A DNA stretch of 64,000 bases from an uncultured Clostridium sp. (GTDB taxonomy: Bacteria > Bacillota > Clostridia > TANB77 > CAG-508), in the NCBI GenBank assembly GCA_947087745.1, contig CAMUDX010000003.1:1412-65411 (forward strand). The letters are read 5' to 3'. The stretch's first letter is position 1. Every line of letters begins with the position of its first letter. Positions 38,384 through 46,950 of the stretch are shown in pieces. The notes under the pieces are model-generated. The model was not told where the DNA came from and did not search any database. It saw nothing but the letters and a program-made list of their open reading frames with translations. The position numbers and the translations under genes were made by a program.

Positions 38384-39118
38384 TTATCTTTCTTTTTCTT
38401 CTCTTAATTTTAAAAATGGATATAGTTCTTTTAAAACTTCATTTGTTGTTAATTGTCTTTCATACATTTTTCTGGTTTTTTCATCAAATTGTGCATACCA
38501 CTTTAATGGTATCTCTGAATAGATTTCTGCACTTCCACTATTATACATATTTTGTTTACTTTCCTCAATAGCTTTTATTTCTTCTTTACTGGCTTTTTTA
38601 TCTCCTATTGCTTTGTATAATGTATGTGAGTATGAATGTTCGAAATCATCTATAGTCTGTAGCCTACATTCTATCACATTTACATCTCTTCCAATTAATA
38701 AGTAAAAATGCTCTGCTACAAATTGTGCTTTATTTATCTTTTTCATTCTTACTATTTGAATTTTTCCATTAATTTTTAATTGAGTTCGTATATACTCTAA
38801 TTCTTCTTGTGTTGTTGTTAAAATAGTTGTTGCAAATATATCATCTAAGTTTTTATGCTTAATTTTATTTTCATATGCACTTTTATTTGATTTTATTCTA
38901 GACATCATCCTGACTTGTTGATTAATTGTTCCTTGATTTATTCCATTTTCTACTATCTTCATTAATGCTCTTCTTTTCATTGAAAATGCTTTAGATGTAT
39001 TTTCAATAAAGTTTGTATACATATAATAATTCCTTAATGCTTCATTTGTTTTTATTTGCTTTTTTTCGAATGTTTCTTTTTGCTCAGGTGTCCAATTATA
39101 AAAAGAATCCTTTATCAA
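38384..39118 (-). CDS. divergent RelA/SpoT-fold (small alarmone synthetase-like) protein of unknown function
   Basis: SRIKSNKSAYENKIK..LDDIFATTIL..FVAEHFYLLIG..VIECRLQTIDDFEHSYSHTLYK aligns with the RIKTPQS..DIAGIRIV..GYSGYHMII..VELQIRT..W..EH..YK blocks of the canonical SAS at 52717-53358. The glycine/arginine positions are replaced. Confidence 0.5.
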   Translation of the reverse strand: MIKDSFYNWTPEQKETFEKKQIKTNEALRNYYMYTNFIENTSKAFSMKRRALMKIVENGINQGTINQQVRMMSRIKSNKSAYENKIKHKNLDDIFATTILTTTQEELEYIRTQLKINGKIQIVRMKKINKAQFVAEHFYLLIGRDVNVIECRLQTIDDFEHSYSHTLYKAIGDKKASKEEIKAIEESKQNMYNSGSAEIYSEIPLKWYAQFDEKTRKMYERQLTTNEVLKELYPFLKLREEKER

Positions 39119-39126
39119 AAAAACAT

Positions 39127-39714
39127 TTACCTCCTTTTTGTAATAGCAAGACCATCTCCGACTTCCAAAATCTCAGTTTCCATATTAGGGTTTTCTGTAA
39201 CTTCTTTAATATATTCTCTTAGGTTTCTTACTGCTGTACGCTGTTTATGCTTATTATAATCACTCATAACATATCCCTTATATAATACATTGTCTGCTAT
39301 TATGACTCCTTGTGGTTTTAATAATCTTTGTGCTTCCTTTAGGAAAAATGGATATTTTCCTTTTGCTGCATCTATAAATACAATATCATATTCTCCATTT
39401 AATGTTGGCAATATTTCTACTGCATCACCACTATGTATTTTAATTTTATCCTCTAATTCTAAGTTTTTGATGTTTTCCTTTGCCTCTTTTAGTCTTTCTT
39501 CATCTCTTTCTATTGTGTCAATTATGCCATCTTTTTCTAAATATTCTGAAAAGCATATTGCTGAATATCCTACTGCTGTTCCTATTTCTAATATTCTTGT
39601 AGGCTTTATTTCTTTTAATATTTTTGCAACAACTTCTAATGTGTCATCCATTATTATTGGAATATGGTCTTCTAAAGCTTTTTTCTTTATTTTGTTAAAT
39701 ATTACTAAATCCAC
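39127..39714 (-). CDS. class I SAM-dependent O-methyltransferase (YrrM/TrmR-like)
   Basis: ILEIGTAVGYS SAM-binding motif and FIDAAKGKYP. It sits in a yrrM-yrrO-type operon context. Confidence 0.8.
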   Translation of the reverse strand: MDLVIFNKIKKKALEDHIPIIMDDTLEVVAKILKEIKPTRILEIGTAVGYSAICFSEYLEKDGIIDTIERDEERLKEAKENIKNLELEDKIKIHSGDAVEILPTLNGEYDIVFIDAAKGKYPFFLKEAQRLLKPQGVIIADNVLYKGYVMSDYNKHKQRTAVRNLREYIKEVTENPNMETEILEVGDGLAITKRR

Positions 39715-39782
39715 TTCGTTCTCCTTTAATGTTTTAGGACAGATTATGTTTATATCTGTCCTTTAAATTATTTATTATTTCC

Positions 39783-41597
39783 TTATTTACTTCTATTTGC
39801 TCTTTCTCTTTCTTTGCTATCTAGTATTTTCTTTCTTAGTCTTATTGATTTTGGTGTTATTTCTACTAATTCATCATCTTGTATGAATTCTATTGCTTTT
39901 TCTAATGACATTTGTATTGGTGGTACTAAACGAAGTGCATCATCAGATCCTGATGCTCTTGTGTTTGTTAAGTGTTTTTCTTTGCATACATTTATACTTA
40001 AATCTTCTCCTCTTGAATTTAGTCCTACTATCATTCCTTCATATACTTCTACTCCTGCACCTATAAATAAGTCTCCCTTATCTTGTGCATTGTATAATCC
40101 ATATGTTACAGATTTTCCTGCTTCAAATGCTACTATCGTTCCTCTTACTCTTGATACTACATCACCTTTATATGGCTCATAACTATCAAATATATGATTC
40201 ATTGTTCCTTCACCTTTTGTGTCTGTTAGGAATTCTGTTCTATATCCTATTAGTCCTCTTGCTGGTATTTTGAATTCTATTTTAGTATGTCCTTCTTCTG
40301 CTGGCTCCATATTTGTCATTTCAGCTTTTCTCATTCCTAGTTTTTCTATTACATTTCCTACTGAGTCATCTGGTACATTTACTACTAATCTTTCTATTGG
40401 CTCACATTTTACTCCATCTACTTCTTTGAATATTACCTTTGGTCTTGATACTAATAACTCAAATCCTTCTCTTCTCATTGTTTCTATTAGCACTGATAAA
40501 TGTAATTCTCCTCTTCCTGATACTTCAAATGAGTCAGGTGTATCTGTTTCTTTTACTCTTAAACTTACATTTCTTTCTAGTTCTTTGAATAGTCTGTCTC
40601 TTATATGTCTTGATGTTACAAATTCTCCTTCTCTTCCTGCAAATGGTCCATTATTTACACTAAATGTCATTGATACTGTTGGCTCATCAATATCAACAAA
40701 TGGTATCTTGTCTGGCTTTCCAAATTCACATATTGTTTCTCCTATGTGGATATCTGATATTCCTGCAATTTCTATTATATCTCCTGCTGATGCTTCTTCT
40801 ACTTCTTCTTTCTTTAATCCTACATGTGTATATACTTTTGCTACTTTTCCTTGCGAAATCTTATCATCTGCTTTGCATATTGTTACTGGTTGTCCTACCT
40901 TTATACTTCCTCTTTCTATTCTTCCTACTGCTATTCTTCCTACATAATCATCATAGTCTATATTTGATACTAACATTTGTAATGACCCTTCTTGGTCACA
41001 GTTTGGTGCTTTTATTGTGTTTACTATTGTTTCAAATAAACAGCTTAAATCTGTTGTTTCATCTTCTAAATTCACTTTTCCTATTCCATTTTTTGCTGAT
41101 GCAAATACTACTGGAAAGTCTAATTGGTCATCTGTTGCATTTAATTCTATAAATAATTCTATTACTTGGTCTACTACTTTTAATGGTTGCGCCCCTGGTC
41201 TGTCTATTTTGTTTATTACTACTATTGGCTTTAAATTTAGTGATAATGATTTTTTTAGTACTTCTCTTGTTTGTGGCATTGCTCCTTCAAATGCATCTAC
41301 TAATAAAAGCACACCATCTACTGTTTTTAGTACCCTTTCTACTTCTCCTCCAAAGTCTGCATGTCCTGGTGTGTCTACTATATTTATTTTTGTATCTTTA
41401 TACATTACTGATGTGTTTTTTGATAATATTGTTATTCCTCTTTCTTTTTCTTGGTCATTTGAGTCCATTACTCTTTCCTGTACTTTTTCATTTTCTCTAA
41501 ATACATGACTTTGTCTTAGTAGTGCATCTACTAATGTTGTTTTTCCATGGTCTACGTGTGCAATTATTGCAATGTTTCTTATTTTTTCGTTTATCAT
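39783..41597 (-). CDS. typA: translational GTPase TypA/BipA
   Basis: IRNIAIIAHVDHGKTTLVD G1 motif, DTPGHADF, NKID; 604 aa. Confidence 0.95.
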   Translation of the reverse strand: MINEKIRNIAIIAHVDHGKTTLVDALLRQSHVFRENEKVQERVMDSNDQEKERGITILSKNTSVMYKDTKINIVDTPGHADFGGEVERVLKTVDGVLLLVDAFEGAMPQTREVLKKSLSLNLKPIVVINKIDRPGAQPLKVVDQVIELFIELNATDDQLDFPVVFASAKNGIGKVNLEDETTDLSCLFETIVNTIKAPNCDQEGSLQMLVSNIDYDDYVGRIAVGRIERGSIKVGQPVTICKADDKISQGKVAKVYTHVGLKKEEVEEASAGDIIEIAGISDIHIGETICEFGKPDKIPFVDIDEPTVSMTFSVNNGPFAGREGEFVTSRHIRDRLFKELERNVSLRVKETDTPDSFEVSGRGELHLSVLIETMRREGFELLVSRPKVIFKEVDGVKCEPIERLVVNVPDDSVGNVIEKLGMRKAEMTNMEPAEEGHTKIEFKIPARGLIGYRTEFLTDTKGEGTMNHIFDSYEPYKGDVVSRVRGTIVAFEAGKSVTYGLYNAQDKGDLFIGAGVEVYEGMIVGLNSRGEDLSINVCKEKHLTNTRASGSDDALRLVPPIQMSLEKAIEFIQDDELVEITPKSIRLRKKILDSKERERANRSK

Positions 41598-41628
41598 CTT
41601 TTTATTTCTCCTTTTATTTCTTTTTTTT

Positions 41629-41750
41629 ACAGTTCAGTAGGAATATATATGTCTGTGTCAGAGATACACTCAAAAAATAATTTGGTTGTACCTGTTAGGG
41701 GCGTATCAAATTATTTTTTTGAGTCGTATCACGGTTAAACAGGACTATAT
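41629..41750 (-). repeat. conserved ~122-nt imperfect hairpin, copy 1 (typA 5' region)
   Basis: Mostly identical (a few mismatches per ten positions by hand alignment) to 45806-45927. It forms a long AT-rich stem (GACTCAAAAAAATAATTTGATAC / GTACAACCAAATTATTTTTTGAGT) capped by ..GCCCCTAACAGG... Confidence 0.7.
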
Positions 41751-41775
41751 ACTTTCAAATCTGAACAGTAATATT

Positions 41776-42372
41776 TTATTTTGCTAATAATTTTATTTCT
41801 TCCATTATTTGATTTGTAACATCTTCTAATGTGCCTTTATCTTTTACATCTGTATATTTACTAAAATCCATTGGTTTTCCATATCTTATTGTTATTTGAT
41901 GGAATGGTTTTACTTCTCCACTTATTCCTATTGGTAACACTTTGATTCCTGATTTTATTGTAAAAAATGCTGTTCCATCTTTTAAGTCTTCTCCTTTTTC
42001 TAGCCCATTTCTTGTTCCTTCTGGAAATAGTGCTATACTTTTGTTATTCTTTAGTGTTTTTAATGTAGTTTTTATTGCTGTTATGTCTTTTTCATCTCTT
42101 TTTACATATATTACTTCAAATATTTCTCCTAAAAGTGCTAGGAATTTATTTTTTGCTAAATCTTCTTTGGCTAGAAATATTATATGTCTTTTTGCTGTTA
42201 CTTCTATTAATGGTGGGTCTAAATATGTTCTATGGTTTGCACAAAATATGAATTGTTCATCTTTTGGGACATTTCCTATTCCTATTATTTTTATTCTATA
42301 TACAATTTTGCAGTATATAAATATTGCCCCTTTTATTATTCCTCTTGCTATGTCTTTTAAAACCTTTTTCAT
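41776..42372 (-). CDS. plsC: 1-acyl-sn-glycerol-3-phosphate acyltransferase
   Basis: H(X)4D motif NHRTYLD and FPEGTR motif. Confidence 0.8.
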   Translation of the reverse strand: MKKVLKDIARGIIKGAIFIYCKIVYRIKIIGIGNVPKDEQFIFCANHRTYLDPPLIEVTAKRHIIFLAKEDLAKNKFLALLGEIFEVIYVKRDEKDITAIKTTLKTLKNNKSIALFPEGTRNGLEKGEDLKDGTAFFTIKSGIKVLPIGISGEVKPFHQITIRYGKPMDFSKYTDVKDKGTLEDVTNQIMEEIKLLAK

Positions 42373-42374
42373 TT

Positions 42375-43217
42375 TTATTTCTCCTCTGGTACATGTATAT
42401 TTTTAGCTATTACTTCTATTTCTGTTACATTCATTGCTGTTAAATTTTCAATTTCTCTTTTTGCTCTTTGCTTGAAATCGTTTAGTCCTTCAATTACATT
42501 AAATCCATATACTACAGATACCTCCATGTATATGTCTACTCCTTCTCCCAAATTGTTTATTCTTGTTCGTATTACTTTATATATTGATGGCATCTTAGTT
42601 GCCAAATACTCTACAATTCCTTTAAACACACTATCTGATATAGTAAAATTTCCTAAGTAACTGAATGTTGGTCTTATTATGGATTTTTCCGCAATATATG
42701 GTTTTTGCCCTGCTCCTTTTGATTTAAATATCTGTAATGGGTCTAATAAATATCCTGAAAAATCTTTTTTTATTTCAAATGTTGGTACAGGTATTACATG
42801 TTTTCCTTCTGTTACTCTTATTCTTCTTGCTGTTTCCATTTCTTGTTGCGTTGCTACATCGGTTATGTATATTATTTCTTCTATTTCTGGTAATCCTAAA
42901 TTTTTTGCTATTTTTTGTACCATTCCATCTGATGTTCCTAATATTAAGATACTTTCTACTTTGTTTTTGCTAATTGCATTTACTATTTCTTTCTTTTTTT
43001 CGTTATCTAAAAATATTGCTTCTTTTACTGTTTCTATTTTTGTATGTGCCTTTTTTGCTGACTCTCCAGCTATTATTTGGTTTTCCTTTATTAGTAAACC
43101 ATCATCTATTATGTATTTGATGTTTTTTTCATTTGCTACCATCTGTGCTCTGTAACTTTTTCCAGTTCCTGATGGTCCTACAAATGCATATACCTTTATC
43201 TTATTTGAAAATAACAT
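42375..43217 (-). CDS. P-loop NTPase domain fused to an Asp23-family domain, function unknown
   Basis: Walker A GPSGTGKS at the N-terminus. The C-terminal ~100 aa (ISDSVFKGIVEYLA..VDIYMEVSVVYGFNVIEGLNDFKQRAKREIENLTAMNVTEIEVIAKNIHV) fit the Asp23/alkaline-shock pattern. Confidence 0.55.
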   Translation of the reverse strand: MLFSNKIKVYAFVGPSGTGKSYRAQMVANEKNIKYIIDDGLLIKENQIIAGESAKKAHTKIETVKEAIFLDNEKKKEIVNAISKNKVESILILGTSDGMVQKIAKNLGLPEIEEIIYITDVATQQEMETARRIRVTEGKHVIPVPTFEIKKDFSGYLLDPLQIFKSKGAGQKPYIAEKSIIRPTFSYLGNFTISDSVFKGIVEYLATKMPSIYKVIRTRINNLGEGVDIYMEVSVVYGFNVIEGLNDFKQRAKREIENLTAMNVTEIEVIAKNIHVPEEK

Positions 43218-43269
43218 ATTTTCTCCTTTTACCTACTTAATAGGAAATTGCACTAAAAAGTGCAATTTC

Positions 43270-44499
43270 TTAATCTACTTCTGCTATCTTTATATCTCTA
43301 ACATGGTCAATTTTTTCCCATTCTGTTTCCCTTTTAAATAAACATTTGAAGTTTATTACTAACCATGTTCCCATAAATAATGGATAACATAACAATCCTT
43401 TTATCATTGGCTTTATTGGTTTCTTTTCTAGCCACATTGCTACTATTGCTGTTCCCATTGGTAATATTAATGTTGGTACTAAATACCTTAATATATTTAG
43501 TCCTAACTCTACTTCTGTAATTCCACTTAGTGCATACATTATAAAGTTTGTTACTACAAGAATTAATGTTAATATAAACATTGGTATACTTCCTAATATA
43601 TATAATAATCCATCAAAATTCATTAATGTTTTATGCTCTTTTACTGCTTTTAATAATTCAACTGTATATCTTCTTACACATTGTATATGCCCTACTGTCC
43701 ATCTACTTCTTTGTGACCAAGATTGTTTAAATCCTGTTGGCTGTTCATCATATACTATTGCATCTGTTGCCCATCCTAGTTTCTTTCCTGCTATTATTCT
43801 TTTTAATGAAAATTCTATGTCTTCTGTTAGTGTTTCTGTATTCCATCCTTCTGGTTTTATTACATCAAATTTTACCATAAATCCTGTTCCATTTAATAGT
43901 GGTGATAATCCTATATTGTATCTTGCTAAATGATAAAATCTGTGTAATGTCCAATAGAATAGTGCATATCCTGCTGATATCCAATTGTCTGTTGGATTTT
44001 TGATGTCTCTATATCCTTGAACTACATCTTCCCCTTGGCATAGCTTTTTATTCATATTTATTATGAAATTTTCATCTACTATATTGTCTGCATCAAATAC
44101 AAAGAATGCATCATAATCTGCATCTTCTTTTATTTTTTGTTGTAAAAACCAATTAAGTGCTGCTCCTTTTGTCTTTTCAGTATTACTAAATCTTTTATAT
44201 ACTATTACTCCCATTTCTTCTGCTATTTTTGCTGTATTATCTGTGCAATTATCTGCTATTACATATATATCATATAATTCTTTTTCATAGTTTTGCCTTT
44301 TTAGACTTTCTATTAGATTTCCTATTACTGTTTCTTCATTGTGTGCTGGGATTATTGCCATAAATTTATGATTTTTGTTTTCTTTATATGGTTTGTCTTT
44401 TAGTCTTACTAATGAACATAAACTTACTATTATTTGATATAGCCAAAATATTGTTACTATCCATACTAAAGCTTCTTTTAGTATATTTATATATTCCAT
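43270..44499 (-). CDS. membrane glycosyltransferase family 2 (processive synthase-like)
   Basis: IIPAHNEE, DADN and QRSRW motifs, with flanking TM segments. Confidence 0.8.
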   Translation of the reverse strand: MEYINILKEALVWIVTIFWLYQIIVSLCSLVRLKDKPYKENKNHKFMAIIPAHNEETVIGNLIESLKRQNYEKELYDIYVIADNCTDNTAKIAEEMGVIVYKRFSNTEKTKGAALNWFLQQKIKEDADYDAFFVFDADNIVDENFIINMNKKLCQGEDVVQGYRDIKNPTDNWISAGYALFYWTLHRFYHLARYNIGLSPLLNGTGFMVKFDVIKPEGWNTETLTEDIEFSLKRIIAGKKLGWATDAIVYDEQPTGFKQSWSQRSRWTVGHIQCVRRYTVELLKAVKEHKTLMNFDGLLYILGSIPMFILTLILVVTNFIMYALSGITEVELGLNILRYLVPTLILPMGTAIVAMWLEKKPIKPMIKGLLCYPLFMGTWLVINFKCLFKRETEWEKIDHVRDIKIAEVD

Positions 44500-44576
44500 T
44501 TTTCCTCACCTATTTTTTATTTTTTTAATCTTATGATTTACTGTTTTTATATTTTTGTGCTACTCTTATTGTTATT

Positions 44577-45086
44577 CTATTCATCATTATCTTCTTTTAT
44601 GTCATCTTCTTCAAAATCTTTTTCATCTAAACATCCACCACATTGTAAACAATTTCCTGAACATCCTGTAATTTGTTCTTCTGTATCTCCACTCCAGTCT
44701 AATTCTATTATATTATGACATTGTGGGCATTCTGTTTCTTTTTCCTCTTCATCATATTCTATTGCAAATTGATAATCACAATATGGACATATTATATCAA
44801 AATCAAATTCATCTTCCATGTATATGTCTTTTTCGATATTTTCTACTATTTTTTGCATTTTTTCTAATTGTTTTTCTAATTTCTCTTGCTTTTTTTCTAT
44901 TTCGTCTATTTTTATTTCTTTTTCTTTTATTATTTTGTCCATTTCATCTAAAAATACACTTATTAATTTATTGGTTTTTTCTTTTACATATTTTAACTCT
45001 TCTTGGTCTTTTACTTTTTTTTCTAAATTTGTTAAAAATTGGTCAATTTCTTTTTTTATGTTTTGTATCATTGTTTTTAAATACAA
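44577..45086 (-). CDS. coiled-coil / zinc-ribbon protein (CD1247 N-terminal domain-like)
   Basis: Long coiled coil followed by CPYC..CPQC and a GCSGNCLQCGGC cysteine cluster. Confidence 0.55.
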   Translation of the reverse strand: MYLKTMIQNIKKEIDQFLTNLEKKVKDQEELKYVKEKTNKLISVFLDEMDKIIKEKEIKIDEIEKKQEKLEKQLEKMQKIVENIEKDIYMEDEFDFDIICPYCDYQFAIEYDEEEKETECPQCHNIIELDWSGDTEEQITGCSGNCLQCGGCLDEKDFEEDDIKEDNDE

Positions 45087-45109
45087 ATTGTTTTTGTATT
45101 TCCTCCTTT

Positions 45110-45676
45110 TTATACTCTTTCCATGTACTCACATGTTCTTGTGTCTATTCTTAATATATCTCCTATATTTACAAACATTGGTACTTGTAATTCTAATCCT
45201 GTTTCTAGTGTTGCTGGTTTTCCTGATGTTGTGGTTGTGTTTCCTGCAAATCCTGGCTCTGTATATGTTACTTCTAATTCTACAAATATTGGTGGCTCTA
45301 CTGCAAATACTTTTCCTTTGAATGATAATATTGTTACTTCCATGTTTTCTTTTAAGTATTTTAAAGTATCTCCTAAATCTGCTTTGTTTAATGGTATTTG
45401 GTCATATGTTTCATTGTCCATGAAATAATATAAGTCTGCATCACTATATAAGTATTGCATTACTTTTCTTTCTATTTCTGCTCCTGGATATTTGTCTGAT
45501 GGATTGAATGTTTTTTCTAATACTGCTCCTGTTATTACATTTTTTAATTTTGTTCTTACAAATGCTGCTCCTTTTCCTGGTTTTACATGTTGGAATTCTA
45601 CTACTCTATATACTCCTCCATCCATTTCAAATGTTGTTCCATTTCTAAAATCTCCTGCCATATATACTGCTGCCAT
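45110..45676 (-). CDS. efp: elongation factor P
   Basis: [40 protein letters not shown] is the canonical EF-P N-terminus with the KPGKG loop. The start may be the ATG at 45661. Confidence 0.95.
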   Translation of the reverse strand: MAAVYMAGDFRNGTTFEMDGGVYRVVEFQHVKPGKGAAFVRTKLKNVITGAVLEKTFNPSDKYPGAEIERKVMQYLYSDADLYYFMDNETYDQIPLNKADLGDTLKYLKENMEVTILSFKGKVFAVEPPIFVELEVTYTEPGFAGNTTTTSGKPATLETGLELQVPMFVNIGDILRIDTRTCEYMERV

Positions 45677-45805
45677 CTCATTTTCCCCTTTCTCTTTTTT
45701 AATATATTTTTCTTTATTTTTCCATTTTTGTGTTGACTTTACTATTTTACACTATATCACTTAAAAAATCAAGTATTTTTTACCAATATATACTAATTTT
45801 TAGTT

Positions 45806-45927
45806 ACAGTTTAGTAGCAATATTAGAAGTCTGTGTGAGAGATGCATTCAAAAAATAATTTGGTGGTACCTGTATGGGTGTATCAAATTATTTTTTGAGT
45901 TGTATCTCGGTTAAGCAGAACTATATA
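45806..45927 (-). repeat. conserved ~122-nt imperfect hairpin, copy 2 (efp 5' region)
   Basis: See copy 1. It has the same orientation relative to the downstream gene. Confidence 0.7.
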
Positions 45928-45951
45928 ATTAAAACATTAAAAAGTTATGGA

Positions 45952-46263
45952 TTATACCATAACTTCTTTTATATTTCTTCTTCTTTTACTTATCGTTTCT
46001 GCTGGTGGCACTAATGGACTGTACGTTTCTCCATTAAATACATCAACCTCTACTGTTCTTGTTAATACATCTGTGTAACTATATGTTACATTTCTATCAT
46101 TTTCTTCATATCTTACTACAAATAAGTTTGGATATGCTTTTTCTATTGTAGCTTCTTTTTCAAAAATCTTACTTCTTCCAAGTGATCCTTTTACTATTAT
46201 CTTTTGTCCTACTTTGCCTATAATATCTGTTTTTAAATTTGTTATATCTGATTGACAAATCAT
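45952..46263 (-). CDS. veg: Veg family protein
   Basis: ..DIIGKVGQKIIVKGSLGRSKIFEKEATIEKAYPNLFVVRYEENDRNVTYSYTDVLTRTVEV matches the Veg (DUF1021) pattern. Confidence 0.8.
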   Translation of the reverse strand: MICQSDITNLKTDIIGKVGQKIIVKGSLGRSKIFEKEATIEKAYPNLFVVRYEENDRNVTYSYTDVLTRTVEVDVFNGETYSPLVPPAETISKRRRNIKEVMV

Positions 46264-46293
46264 TTAACCACCTACTTTTCTTAAGATGGTCTG

Positions 46294-46322
46294 AGTATAT
46301 CATTTTATTCTTTAATTGTCAA
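46294..46322 (-). promoter_or_regulatory. sigmaA-type promoter of veg
   Basis: Minus strand reads TTGACA-17 nt-TATACT. Confidence 0.55.
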
Positions 46323-46511
46323 AAGCTGTAATATTTAATCGATTTTCTGTGGTTTAGTTTTTTCAAGTGTTTTTGCTATTTTTTACCTTTTGTTACATTT
46401 TTGTTACAATTTCATTACAGTTTTATTACGCTTTATTGTAAAAATTACTTTCTATAGAAAAAAGAGTGTAATTCATTATAATTTAATAATGTCTCACATT
46501 CTTTTTTTATT

Positions 46512-46880
46512 TTATATAAATATTATGCTTTTTTTACCTTTTGATCCTATTCCATTTATTCCTTTTTTTCCATCTCTTAATTCTTTTTCAAAGTCCTCAA
46601 TTGTTATATATACATGTTCATCTGTTGTAGCAACCTTTCTTGCTAGTATTAGTGGATCCAAAAAATCTATTAGTATTCTTGCTGGTGATGAAGCGAAGTT
46701 AGCTCCTGCTAATATTATTGCTTCAAAATAGCTTTGGCATGCACCTGCAAATATTACTAATCCTTTATTTTTTTCTGCATCGTATCTTCTTGCTTCTTTA
46801 ACTGTTTCTATAAAATGTCTCGAATTTTTATAATTATATATGTCATTATAGTTCGTTTCTTTCTTTATCATCCCATCATG
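46512..46880 (-). CDS. yabG: sporulation peptidase YabG, 3' (C-terminal) gene segment
   Basis: ..NYKNSRHFIETVKEARRYD..LVIFAGACQSYFEAIILAGANFASSPARILIDFLDP matches the C-terminal half of YabG. The frame is open back to HDG at the CATGATG junction. Confidence 0.8.
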   Translation of the reverse strand, partial: HDGMIKKETNYNDIYNYKNSRHFIETVKEARRYDAEKNKGLVIFAGACQSYFEAIILAGANFASSPARILIDFLDPLILARKVATTDEHVYITIEDFEKELRDGKKGINGIGSKGKKSIIFI

Positions 46881-46950
46881 TCATGTGTGTTATTGTACCA
46901 GAATTTTTGTATATTTATATTTCAAATTAGTAGACTAATTTGTTACTACT

